Below are positions 55,496-64,000 of a DNA stretch of 64,000 bases, one piece after another. The stretch comes from Vulcanimicrobiota bacterium (GTDB taxonomy: Bacteria; Vulcanimicrobiota; Vulcanimicrobiia; Eremiobacterales; Eremiobacteraceae), in the NCBI GenBank assembly GCA_963805945.1, contig CAWDVP010000001.1, forward strand, positions 384,770-448,769. Direction: 5' to 3'. The translations under genes and the position numbers were made by a program. Every line of letters starts with the position of its first letter. Positions within the stretch are counted from its first letter, which is position 1. The notes under the pieces are model-generated. The model had not been told where the DNA came from and made no database searches. It worked only from the letters and a program-made list of their open reading frames with translations.

Positions 55496-56800
55496 TTAGA
55501 GTCTGCTCATGGGGTTGACCGGGACGCCGTTCACGCGTATTTCGAAGTGCAGGTGCGGGCCAGTGGCATAGCCGGTGGCGCCGACGCGGGCGATCGCTTG
55601 GCCGCGTGCCACGTCCTGGCCCCGGGAGACCAATATGGCCGAGCAGTGGGCGTACAGGGTCGAATAGCCGCTGCCGTGGTCCAAGATGACCGTGTTGCCA
55701 TAACCGCCATACCATCCGACGAACAACACGACGCCGTCCGCCGACGCCACGATCGGCGCGCCATACGGCGCCCCGATGTCGATGCCGGTGTGCATCCGGT
55801 AGCCGCCCAAGATCGGGTGCCAGCGCATGCCGAAACCGGAGACGACGGGCCCTTGCGCCGGCCAGATGAACTGCCCCGGCGCGCCGAGCGATTCGTTCTC
55901 GGGCGTGCGTCCTGCGGCGATCGCCGCTGCGCGCCGCGCTTGGATCGCCGCCATGCGCGCGCGTCGTTCGGCCTCCGCTTCCTCGCGCTGCCGCTCGACG
56001 ATCAGTTTCTGCAGCTGCGCTTCTTCTTCTGCGGTGAGGTCTTCGAGCTGTCGGACCTGCTGCGCGACGGCGTTCTTCTGCAGCGTCGCCGCGTACAACA
56101 GCTCGCGCCGGCGGTCGGCGAGGTCGGCGAGCTGCCCGCGTTTGCGTTCCCGATCGCCGCGCTGCGCGTCGAGGTCGGCCTGTGTCTGCTCAAGCGCGGC
56201 GACGAGACCTTGGTAGCGATGCTGCTCCGCATCGACCCGATGGATGAGATCGGTATCGGAGCGCACGATGAACTGCAGGAAGTCGAAGCGCTCGACGAAG
56301 TCCTCGAACGAGGTCGCGTCGAGCAGCACGGTGAGGTACGAGGCCGAACCCTGTTCGTAGATGTCGACGAGCCGTTTGTCGAGCGCATCGGTGTGGCGCT
56401 TGAGGCTGGCTTGGGTGTCGGCGAGCTGGTTGCGACGCACCTCAAGACGCCGCTCGGTGAGCGAGATCGCCGCCGAAAGATCGCCGATCTCGCCCGTCAC
56501 CCGCGTGATGGCGCCGTTCGTCTCGTCCAGCTGCTGCGAGATGGTCTGCACCTTGTAGCGCGCTTGATGCAAGTGGCCGCGCGCCGCTTCCAGCTTCTGT
56601 TTGGTCGCTTCGATCTGCGCTTGGCTCTGCTTGATCTTGACGTTGATCGGAAGCGGCGTCGGCGTGGGCGAGTGGCGCGGCTGCGCTGCGGCGAACGCAG
56701 CGCCGCCCGCGTTCGACGAGGCGGTCACGCAGATGAGGAGCAGAAGGACGGTCGAATAAATTCGACCGCTCCAAGGGCCCGGCAGAATGCGGCGCGTCAC
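55496..56800 (-). CDS. Coiled-coil + M23 peptidase (EnvC/CwlO-like position)
   Basis: Long coiled coil, MHTGIDIG, GPHLHFE; GTG 56800 overlaps ftsX stop. Confidence 0.9.
   Translation of the reverse strand: MTRRILPGPWSGRIYSTVLLLLICVTASSNAGGAAFAAAQPRHSPTPTPLPINVKIKQSQAQIEATKQKLEAARGHLHQARYKVQTISQQLDETNGAITRVTGEIGDLSAAISLTERRLEVRRNQLADTQASLKRHTDALDKRLVDIYEQGSASYLTVLLDATSFEDFVERFDFLQFIVRSDTDLIHRVDAEQHRYQGLVAALEQTQADLDAQRGDRERKRGQLADLADRRRELLYAATLQKNAVAQQVRQLEDLTAEEEAQLQKLIVERQREEAEAERRARMAAIQARRAAAIAAGRTPENESLGAPGQFIWPAQGPVVSGFGMRWHPILGGYRMHTGIDIGAPYGAPIVASADGVVLFVGWYGGYGNTVILDHGSGYSTLYAHCSAILVSRGQDVARGQAIARVGATGYATGPHLHFEIRVNGVPVNPMSRL
56749..56773. repeat. REP-like palindrome in the 5' end of the M23 gene
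   Basis: CGGTCGAATAAATTCGACCGCTCCA. Confidence 0.75.
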
Positions 56801-57681
56801 GCGGTCTGGAGGTAGCGCGTCACCGAGAACCAGCTGGCGAGCATGCCGACCAGGCCGCCGACGAGCAGCAGTTCGAGCGCGAGATGGCCGATCGGCACAG
56901 CCGCCAGGTTGAGCGGCAAGAACGGCAGGTCGAGCGCCAGCTTCGGCGCGATGGCGTGATATGCGGGCCACAGGAACGCGAGGCCCACGAGCGCCCCGAT
57001 GAGCCCGGTGAGCACGCCTTCGAAGACGAACGGCCAGCGGATCGTCCAATTGGTGGCGCCGACCAGCTGCATGATGTTGATCTCGCGCTGCCGCGCGAAC
57101 ACGGTGAGCCGGATCGTGTTGTAGATGATGAGCGCGGTCGCGAAGAGCAGCAGCACGATGACGCCGAGCCCGATCGTGCCCACCACCTGGCGCATCTTGA
57201 GCAGCTTCTCGGTGACGCGGCTGCCGTAGTTCACGAAAGCGACGGTGGGTTTGGCCTGCAGGTCGGCGGCGACCGCCGCGACGTCTTGCGGATCGGCCGT
57301 GTGCACGACGAACGAGTTCGGCAGCGGGTTGGTGTTGATGAGGTCCAAGTTGACCTGACCGTGCAGCCGGTTGCGCAGCGTCGCCAGCGCTTCTTGTTTG
57401 CTGACGAAGCGCACGCCGTCCACGCGCGGATCCGCGCGCAGCGTGCGCATCATCGTGTCGATGTCGGCGGGCGAAGTGTCATCCTTGAGGTACACGGCGA
57501 TGTCGACCTTGGTGACGATGCTGCGCATCACCAGGTCGAACGACGTGCGCATGAACAGGAACACGCCCAACACGATGATAGAGATAGCGACCGTGCCGAT
57601 GGCGGTGAGCGCCATCGCCATGTTGCGGGTGAAGTTCTGCGCGACTTCGGCCCAGAAGAAACGGGTCTTACCCCAATCCAA
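56797..57681 (-). CDS. ftsX: Cell division permease FtsX
   Basis: FVSKQEA, NPLPNSF, IYNTIRLTVFARQREINIMQLVGA. Confidence 0.95.
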   Translation of the reverse strand: MDWGKTRFFWAEVAQNFTRNMAMALTAIGTVAISIIVLGVFLFMRTSFDLVMRSIVTKVDIAVYLKDDTSPADIDTMMRTLRADPRVDGVRFVSKQEALATLRNRLHGQVNLDLINTNPLPNSFVVHTADPQDVAAVAADLQAKPTVAFVNYGSRVTEKLLKMRQVVGTIGLGVIVLLLFATALIIYNTIRLTVFARQREINIMQLVGATNWTIRWPFVFEGVLTGLIGALVGLAFLWPAYHAIAPKLALDLPFLPLNLAAVPIGHLALELLLVGGLVGMLASWFSVTRYLQTA

Positions 57682-58360
57682 CGTTGTAGCGGCCTCGTTC
57701 TTCGTCGTGCGCGATCCTGCCGTGGGTGAGCCGCACCACCCGGCGGCGCATGCGGTCGACGCTGGCCTGGTTGTGGGTCGCGACGATGACCGTCGTGCCC
57801 TTCGCGTTGATGCGCGCCAGCAGCGCCATGATCTCCGCAGAGGTCTCGGGGTCGAGATTGCCGGTCGGCTCGTCGCACAGCAGGATGAGCGGGTTGTTCA
57901 CCAGCGACCGCGCGATAGCGGTGCGCTGCTGTTCGCCGCCGGACAGCTCGTGCGGGAACATCTTGGACTTGTGCGCGATGCCGACGAGCTCGAGGGCGCG
58001 CGGCACGCGCCGCATCACGTCGCGCGAGCTCGCACCGGTCACCTGCAGCGCGTAGGCGACGTTCTCCCACACCGTCTTGCCGCGCAACAGCTTGAAGTCT
58101 TGGAACACGACGCCCGCCTTGCGCCGCAAGAACGGCACCTGGCCGCGCGGCAGGGTCGAGAGGCGCCACTCGTCGACCGTGACGTCCCCCGAGGTGGGCT
58201 GCACTTCGCGATAGATGCACTTGAGGATGCTGGATTTGCCCTGGCCGGTGCTGCCGACCAGGAAGAGGAACTCGCCGCGACCCACCGAGAGGTTGATGTT
58301 GGACAGCGCATGGACGCCGTTCGGGTAGACGAGGCTCACGTCCTCAAAAACGATCACCAC
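57668..58360 (-). CDS. ftsE: Cell division ATP-binding protein FtsE
   Basis: GSTGQGKS, VVFQDFKLL, LSGGEQQR, DEPTGNLD; start GTG 58360 or 58357. Confidence 0.94.
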   Translation of the reverse strand: MVIVFEDVSLVYPNGVHALSNINLSVGRGEFLFLVGSTGQGKSSILKCIYREVQPTSGDVTVDEWRLSTLPRGQVPFLRRKAGVVFQDFKLLRGKTVWENVAYALQVTGASSRDVMRRVPRALELVGIAHKSKMFPHELSGGEQQRTAIARSLVNNPLILLCDEPTGNLDPETSAEIMALLARINAKGTTVIVATHNQASVDRMRRRVVRLTHGRIAHDEERGRYNVGLG

Positions 58361-58432
58361 GCGCTGTTCGCCGGGGCGGTTTTCGGCCCTATCTACCGGG
58401 AAATCGGCTCGCGCGTCCGAATCGTATCGCCG

Positions 58433-59580
58433 ATGGATTTCGATCTGACCGCAGAGCAACTCGATGTGCAACGCCTGTGCCGCGAATTCGCCGACGGCGA
58501 AGTCGCGCCGCACGCGCAGCGCTGGACCGCCGCGGAATTCCCGCTCGAATGCGTGCGCAAGATGGCCGCTCTGGGCTTGCTCGGCCTCCCGTTCCCTGAG
58601 AAATACGGCGGCGCCGGCGCTGACACGGTGTCGTATGCGCTCGCGGTGATGGAGATCGGCCGCGCGGACGCGTCGGTGGGCATCACCATGGCGGCGCACG
58701 TGTCGCTTGGTTCGGCGCCGTTCCTCATGTTCGGCACCGAAGCGCAAAAGGAGCAGTACCTTCCTCCTCTGGCGCGCGGCGAGCGGCTGTGGGGCGTTCG
58801 GTCTCACCGAACCGCAGGCAGGCTCCGACGCGGGAGCGACCAAGACGACCGCGCAGCTGCGCGGCGGCTCGTGGGTCATCGACGGCACCAAGTGCTTCAT
58901 CACCAATGCGGGTACCCCGATCACCGGCGGCGTGACGATCACCGCGCTCACGGGCGGCGCGACGGACGGGCGGCCGGAGATCAGCAACATCATCGTGCCG
59001 CAGGACACACCGGGCTTCACCCGCGCCCAGCCGTATAAGAAGATGGGCTGGCGCGCATCGGACACGCGCGAGCTGTCGTTCGCGGGCGCGCAGGTGCCGC
59101 AGGAGAACCTGCTCGGACAGCGCGGGGCGAGGCTTCCATCAGTTCCTCGACGTGCTCGACGGCGGGCGGATCAGCGTCGGCGCGCTGTCGGTCGGCCTCG
59201 CGCAAGCGTGCTACGACGCGTCGGCGAAATACGCCAAGGAACGGACCCAGTTCGGCCAGTCCATCGGGAAATTCCAGGCGGTGCAGTTCCAATTGGTTGA
59301 TATGGCGGTCGAGATCGAGCTGGCGCGCACCGCGGTGCTCAAAGCGGCGTGGCTCAAGGACCAGGGCCGGGATTTCGCCATGGCCGCGGCGATGGCGAAG
59401 CTGTTCTCAGGCGAGGTGTCGCGGCGCTGCGCGAACTGCGCGGTGCAGATCCACGGCGGCTACGGCTTCATGGACGAGTATCCGGTGTCGCGCTACTGGC
59501 GCGATTGCAAGATCAACGAGATCGGCGAGGGCACCAACGAAGTGCAGCGGATGGTGATCGGCCGCCTCTTGGGCTTCTAG
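58433..59580 (+). CDS. Acyl-CoA dehydrogenase with two +1 frameshifts in G runs
   Basis: MDFDLT.../FGLTEPQAGSDAG/GGYGF...IGEGTNE in three frames; extra G in 58791-58794 and in 59124-59127. Confidence 0.85.
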
Positions 59581-60653
59581 CGCGTCGTATCCACCGTCAT
59601 CCCGAAACCGCTCAGCGAGTCCGCCGTGTCGAAGATGACGCGCCGGTTCGGCCACACGAGCTGGCTGCCGCTGGCTGTGGTGGCGTTCGGGAAGACGAAG
59701 ACGGCTTGCGCGCCGCCGTCGAAGACGAACAGCAGATCGCGCACCTGGTCGTACGCCAGGCCCTTGGGAGCGGTGAAGTTGGTGAGCTGCTGCGCGTGCG
59801 TGGCGCCGGCGTTCCAGGTACCGGCCGTCTTGACCACGCTGATCTGCGCCGGCGACGTCTGCTCGGTGACGAAGAGGATATCGAGCGGCGCGTTGTAGGC
59901 GAGGCCGGTGATGTTGCCCAGCGACAGCCCGCTGATCTGCGTGTTCGAGGTTAGGCTGGTCGTGCCGCCCAGATGCGCCAACGCCCAGGCGCCGAAGCCG
60001 TCGAACTTGGCGACGACCTGGCCGTTGTCCGCCACGAAGAGCCGGTCGTTGAGGGCATCGTACAGCATCTCTTGCGGGCGCGGCGTGCCCGGCGCCGCGG
60101 GATCAGTCATGTTGAGCGTCACTGCGCCGCCGGGTAAGGACGCCCCGGTCATGCCGGTCGCGCCGGAGTAGATGTCCACCGTGTTACCCGTGTTGTGGGC
60201 CACCACGAGCAGGTTGTGCACCGCATCGAAGACCGCGGCGCCCTCGAGATTCATGGTGCTGGCCGAGTTGACGGTGATGGTCGGCGGCATGCCGTTGCGC
60301 GTGGTGGCCATCGTCCACAGATCGATGGTGTTGTTGGAATTCGTCGGCACCGTCTGGTTCGGGTACCACAGCGTGTCGCTCACCGGATCGTACACGACGT
60401 CCGGATTGGCAGCATCGGCGGTCGTCAAGATGATGTTGGCGATAGTGCCGCCGTTTAGCGCGGACGCCCCTTTGTAGGCGCGCACGGTGCGCGACGTCGC
60501 GTCTTGCACCCACAGCGTGTCCGGCGCGAAGGTGGCGCTGGAGGACGGCGTGGGCGTCGGCGTGGTCGTCGTCGACGAGTTCGTGCAACCCCCCGCGAGC
60601 GCCATGGCGAATAGGCCGATGGCGAGCACGACATAACCCACACGTACCTTCAT
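59577..60653 (-). CDS. Lipoprotein, probable beta-propeller
   Basis: Lipobox LAGGC, T/P linker, repeated (Y/F)DxxxDxLFV blades. Confidence 0.8.
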   Translation of the reverse strand: MKVRVGYVVLAIGLFAMALAGGCTNSSTTTTPTPTPSSSATFAPDTLWVQDATSRTVRAYKGASALNGGTIANIILTTADAANPDVVYDPVSDTLWYPNQTVPTNSNNTIDLWTMATTRNGMPPTITVNSASTMNLEGAAVFDAVHNLLVVAHNTGNTVDIYSGATGMTGASLPGGAVTLNMTDPAAPGTPRPQEMLYDALNDRLFVADNGQVVAKFDGFGAWALAHLGGTTSLTSNTQISGLSLGNITGLAYNAPLDILFVTEQTSPAQISVVKTAGTWNAGATHAQQLTNFTAPKGLAYDQVRDLLFVFDGGAQAVFVFPNATTASGSQLVWPNRRVIFDTADSLSGFGMTVDTTR

Positions 60654-60826
60654 GAAGCGGAAGACCTCTCATTGTGTGGTGCCCGAGCGAAGCCCGAGGC
60701 ACGTAGATCGGGGCCGTGAGAATCGCAGACGCCGGCACCGATCGGGCCGGCGGACACACCCCGCGCGAATGAGGGCAGGTTCGCCCAAACGGGCAAACGC
60801 CCTCTTTACGCGGCTCGGGGTGAAAT

Positions 60827-60860
60827 GAAGAGGCCGCCTGCGTGCGCCGGCGGCCTCTTC
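60827..60860 (-). terminator. Stem-loop after the TonB receptor gene
   Basis: 12-bp perfect stem GAAGAGGCCGCC/GGCGGCCTCTTC; weak U tract. Confidence 0.6.
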
Positions 60861-60883
60861 GTCGTGGTCGTCTTGCTCGACTC

Positions 60884-63800
60884 TTAGAGCTTGACGTTGA
60901 CGCCGAACGATACGCCGAACGGGGTGGTGAAGCCGATCAAGCCGTTCGTCGAAGCGAACTGCTGGTACGGATACTTCGCCCATGCTTGTATCGTCGAGTC
61001 CGGATTGTAGAAGTTGCCCACAGGCGGCACGTTGCCGGCGCGGACGCCGTACGCACAGATGTGGTGGTCGTTGCTCGTCCACGGTTCAACCGACCCGCCG
61101 AAGCAGGTGTTGAAGATGTTCGTCAGGCCGACGTTATACGACACGCGAGGTGTCGCATCGTACGCGATGGTCATGAAGCCGGCGAATTGGCTCGGCTGCG
61201 TGAACGCACCGATGCTGTCGAACTTGCCCGTGAACGTGTTCGGGATGACGATCGAGGTCGTGCAGGTCGTCGCGTCGGCCGGGGCACCAGAGCCGCCTGC
61301 CGGGTAGCGAGGATCGCCTGCGACCGCGCTCGCGAGCGGTGCGCCGCAGGACGACGGGTTGAACCCGTTCATGGTCTCCGGTGAGCCGTACACCTGACCT
61401 GAGTGGAACTGCAACGCGGGGATGAAGCTCCACTTGTCGTGCTTCCATTGCACGACTGCGGTCGCGGCGTTGGGCGTCACGTAGCCTTGCGCTGAGAGTT
61501 GCACGCCCGCCGGCACGATGTCGTACGGAGCGAACGACTGACCCGGATTGATCGTCGGTTGCGCAGGCATGTTGTAGTACGGGTTGGCGTTGTCGGCCGC
61601 CGTGCAGACCGTCTGGCCGACGCCAGCGGTGTCGAAGCACGGGAACGAGTGCGCGCCGCCGCCGTTCACACCGCACAGGCTGAGCGGGTTCGTCGAACCT
61701 GCGACGCCGTTGCATGCGGACGTGAACGTGTTGTAGTTCTGGATGTCCTGATTGTCCGAGTCGAGCACGGTGCCGCCGTTGGGCAGCGTCTGGTACTTGA
61801 TCGTGCTCTTCGTGTAGGTGTACGACACTTGTCCGGCCCAGCCGTTGGCATTGAAGTTGCCGAGGTTGAGCAGGAACTCAAGGCCCGTGTTGGTCTCGCG
61901 GCCGGCGTTGAGGCCGGATACGAAGGCCGTCTTCGGGTCGATGAAGATCTGTTGCACCTGGTCCGTCGTCTGGCGCAGGAACGGCGTCAAGCTGAACGAC
62001 GTCTGCGAGTTGGCGAAGCGGTGCTCGATCGTGATGTCGTAGTTGTTCGAGATCGACGGCCGGATGATGTGGTTCGGCGTCGTGAACCCGAACTTGTAGA
62101 AGAGCGAACCGAGCAGCGCATTCGGCAGGTTCTGCTGCAGCGAGTTGTACTGCTGGAACGCCGCGTTGGCGGCCTGCGAGTAACGGCCGGCGGAGAACCG
62201 CAGGACGTCGTCGGGGCCGAACGTGTACGTGCCGCCGATGCGGGGCTCGATCTCGTTGTAGGTGATGCTGCCGCCGTTGGCGGTGCCGTTGGTGATGGTC
62301 GCGGGCACGAAGCCTGCGCCGTAGTTCGAGCATGGCGAACCCGCCTGCTGGTTGGCTAAGCCGACCGAGGTCGCGTTGGTCATGTCGAACGGCGAGCCGC
62401 CGTTGAACAGCGGGTTCGCGCAGTTCGTGGCGTTCCACGCGTTGAACCAGAAGTTGCGCGTGCCGCCGCCCGTCGGGGAGTACAAGAACGTGTAGACGTC
62501 GTCGCGCAAGCCGAAGTTGAGGTTCAGCTTGTCGTTCGGTTTCCACGTGTCTTGCGCCGAAACGGCCCAGAAGCGCGGGGTGACCGAGTTGTACGTCGCG
62601 TAGGGGCCGCTCTCACCGATCAGCCATGCGCACGCGGCCGTGCCCGACGCTCCGCAGGTATTTCCCGGAGCCGGGATGCCGCTAGCTTGGACCTGACTGA
62701 AGGTCAGGATGCTCGGACGCACGCCAGCCGGATTGCTGGGTTCGCACGAGTATGCCTGGCCCGCGACTGCGCCGCGGCAGATGCCGTCCGTCGGATTCGC
62801 TGCGTCCACCAAGAACCCGAAGCGTGTGCGCGTGCCGCCGCACCCGGTGAGGTTCGGACCGAAGCACTGGTCCATCTGCGTGTTGTTGTCGCGCACCGTG
62901 CTCGCCGTCGAGTACGAACCTTCGACGTTGAGCAAGTGCTTGTTCGAGAGCTGGTTGACGTACTGGGCGGACAAGCCGCGCGTGTGCGTCCACAGCTCGT
63001 AGTCGCCAGGGCAGCATCCCGCGTAGGTGGCCTGCGAGGTATTCGCACCGTGCAAGAACCACCACGAGTAGAAGATGTAGCCGTAGAGGCGGAAATACGA
63101 GCTCGTGCCGATGTTGCGCTGCCACTGCAGCTTGTAGATGTTCTGGCCGTTGTCGGCCGTGTCCTGATGGTTCAGCGCTATCGGTCCACCGAGGCCCGCT
63201 GCGCCTTCGCTCGGATAGCCGTAGTTGGCGACGTTGGCTGCCTGCGTCGGATCGGCCGACGTGAACAGCCCGCCGACGCCCGGCATGTACTGCCGGCCGC
63301 CCACGAACGTCTGACCTGGGCAGTTGAAGCACGTCGCATAGTCCGTGTTGTAATACGACGGGCCGCCCCAGTCATTGATCGAGCCGTAATAGTACGTGTA
63401 GAGCAAGAACGTGTTGTAGAGGAACTGGATGTCGTCCTTGCCGGCATCGTGCTTATGCGGGATGCCGAAGTGGAAGTTGAAGATGCTCTCGCGGTCCGTG
63501 AGGTGTTCGGGTGTGGCGATCGTGACCGGGCCCATCTGGTAGCCGCCCGGACCGATCGGCAGTGCGCCGAAGTACGCGTGGTTCGCATAGCATCCTGCGT
63601 AGCTGTCGCTGGTCGCAGCGCCGCAACCCGCGACACCCGGGCCGCCGCCGTTTGGATCGACGCCGACGTCGAACGGCGTGCCTGCGGTCTGCGCGTAGCT
63701 CGCGCCGTTGCTGTTGTCGATGGTCAGCGGCGCGTAGTCCACGAGACCAGCGGCGATGTAGTACGAGAAGTTACGGTTGGGCGTCGCGCCGCCGAACTCG

Positions 63801-64000
63801 ATGTTGGCCTTGTTGTACAGGTTCGGGCCGCCGATGCCGAGGTTGATGGCGCCGAAACCCGGGTAGGTACCGGTCTTGATGACCTGGTTGATGTAACCGG
63901 CAAGGCCTGACGATTCAGCCGATGCGGGCGATGTGCCCGTGTACAGCTGGAGTTCCTGTTGGCCGAGCGCCGACAGATTGGTGGTCGGGTAGTTGTCGAA
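60884..64000 (-). CDS. TonB-dependent receptor-like outer membrane protein, 5' partial
   Basis: Frame open to the window edge (…LSALGQQELQLYTG…GYINQVIKTG, plug-like); barrel motifs QDTWKPNDKLNLNFGLR, EPRIG; amphipathic C-terminal strand. Confidence 0.85.
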   Translation of the reverse strand, partial: FDNYPTTNLSALGQQELQLYTGTSPASAESSGLAGYINQVIKTGTYPGFGAINLGIGGPNLYNKANIEFGGATPNRNFSYYIAAGLVDYAPLTIDNSNGASYAQTAGTPFDVGVDPNGGGPGVAGCGAATSDSYAGCYANHAYFGALPIGPGGYQMGPVTIATPEHLTDRESIFNFHFGIPHKHDAGKDDIQFLYNTFLLYTYYYGSINDWGGPSYYNTDYATCFNCPGQTFVGGRQYMPGVGGLFTSADPTQAANVANYGYPSEGAAGLGGPIALNHQDTADNGQNIYKLQWQRNIGTSSYFRLYGYIFYSWWFLHGANTSQATYAGCCPGDYELWTHTRGLSAQYVNQLSNKHLLNVEGSYSTASTVRDNNTQMDQCFGPNLTGCGGTRTRFGFLVDAANPTDGICRGAVAGQAYSCEPSNPAGVRPSILTFSQVQASGIPAPGNTCGASGTAACAWLIGESGPYATYNSVTPRFWAVSAQDTWKPNDKLNLNFGLRDDVYTFLYSPTGGGTRNFWFNAWNATNCANPLFNGGSPFDMTNATSVGLANQQAGSPCSNYGAGFVPATITNGTANGGSITYNEIEPRIGGTYTFGPDDVLRFSAGRYSQAANAAFQQYNSLQQNLPNALLGSLFYKFGFTTPNHIIRPSISNNYDITIEHRFANSQTSFSLTPFLRQTTDQVQQIFIDPKTAFVSGLNAGRETNTGLEFLLNLGNFNANGWAGQVSYTYTKSTIKYQTLPNGGTVLDSDNQDIQNYNTFTSACNGVAGSTNPLSLCGVNGGGAHSFPCFDTAGVGQTVCTAADNANPYYNMPAQPTINPGQSFAPYDIVPAGVQLSAQGYVTPNAATAVVQWKHDKWSFIPALQFHSGQVYGSPETMNGFNPSSCGAPLASAVAGDPRYPAGGSGAPADATTCTTSIVIPNTFTGKFDSIGAFTQPSQFAGFMTIAYDATPRVSYNVGLTNIFNTCFGGSVEPWTSNDHHICAYGVRAGNVPPVGNFYNPDSTIQAWAKYPYQQFASTNGLIGFTTPFGVSFGVNVKL

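Noticed and set aside
58791..59127. Programmed frameshifting in acyl-CoA dehydrogenase 2
   Set aside because: Both are +1 G in G4 runs with no slippery heptamer; most likely long-read errors, which needs a read check.

Overview
High-GC bacterial chromosome segment from a diderm. TolC, a TonB-dependent receptor, the futalosine menaquinone pathway, RNase J and a CIRCE element together fit Candidatus Eremiobacterota/Vulcanimicrobiota; this placement is an inference. Positions ~10.1-64 kb are mostly housekeeping: secA-hpf, LCP/deacetylase, rimO-yajQ-rodZ, mnmA, mqnEAC, ftsK, rnj, a YIP1-TolC-MacAB-type exporter, a CIRCE-controlled htrA-dnaK-grpE-dnaJ-hspR-like operon, metE, a DUF4258/DUF2283 pair, an acyl-CoA synthetase, ftsEX-M23-2xS41 and a TonB receptor. 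Positions 1-10.1 kb are an accessory island attached to the 3' end of secA. The most striking signal is there. A 5.17-kb segment (4974-10141) has 33-bp terminal inverted repeats (28/33 identical) and is flanked by an exact 15-bp direct repeat, AGGCCGCGTCAGCGC, which is the end of the secA coding sequence. A second element end abuts the left copy, an inverted copy of the target lies just inside the right end, and an ACCGGACGTT motif recurs in the island spacers. No recombinase gene is visible in the window. This looks like a secA-targeting, serially integrating, non-autonomous mobile element system. A REP-like palindrome family also occurs, including copies translated inside rodZ and probably the M23 peptidase gene. 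All product calls come from motif recognition by eye; no database searches were run.
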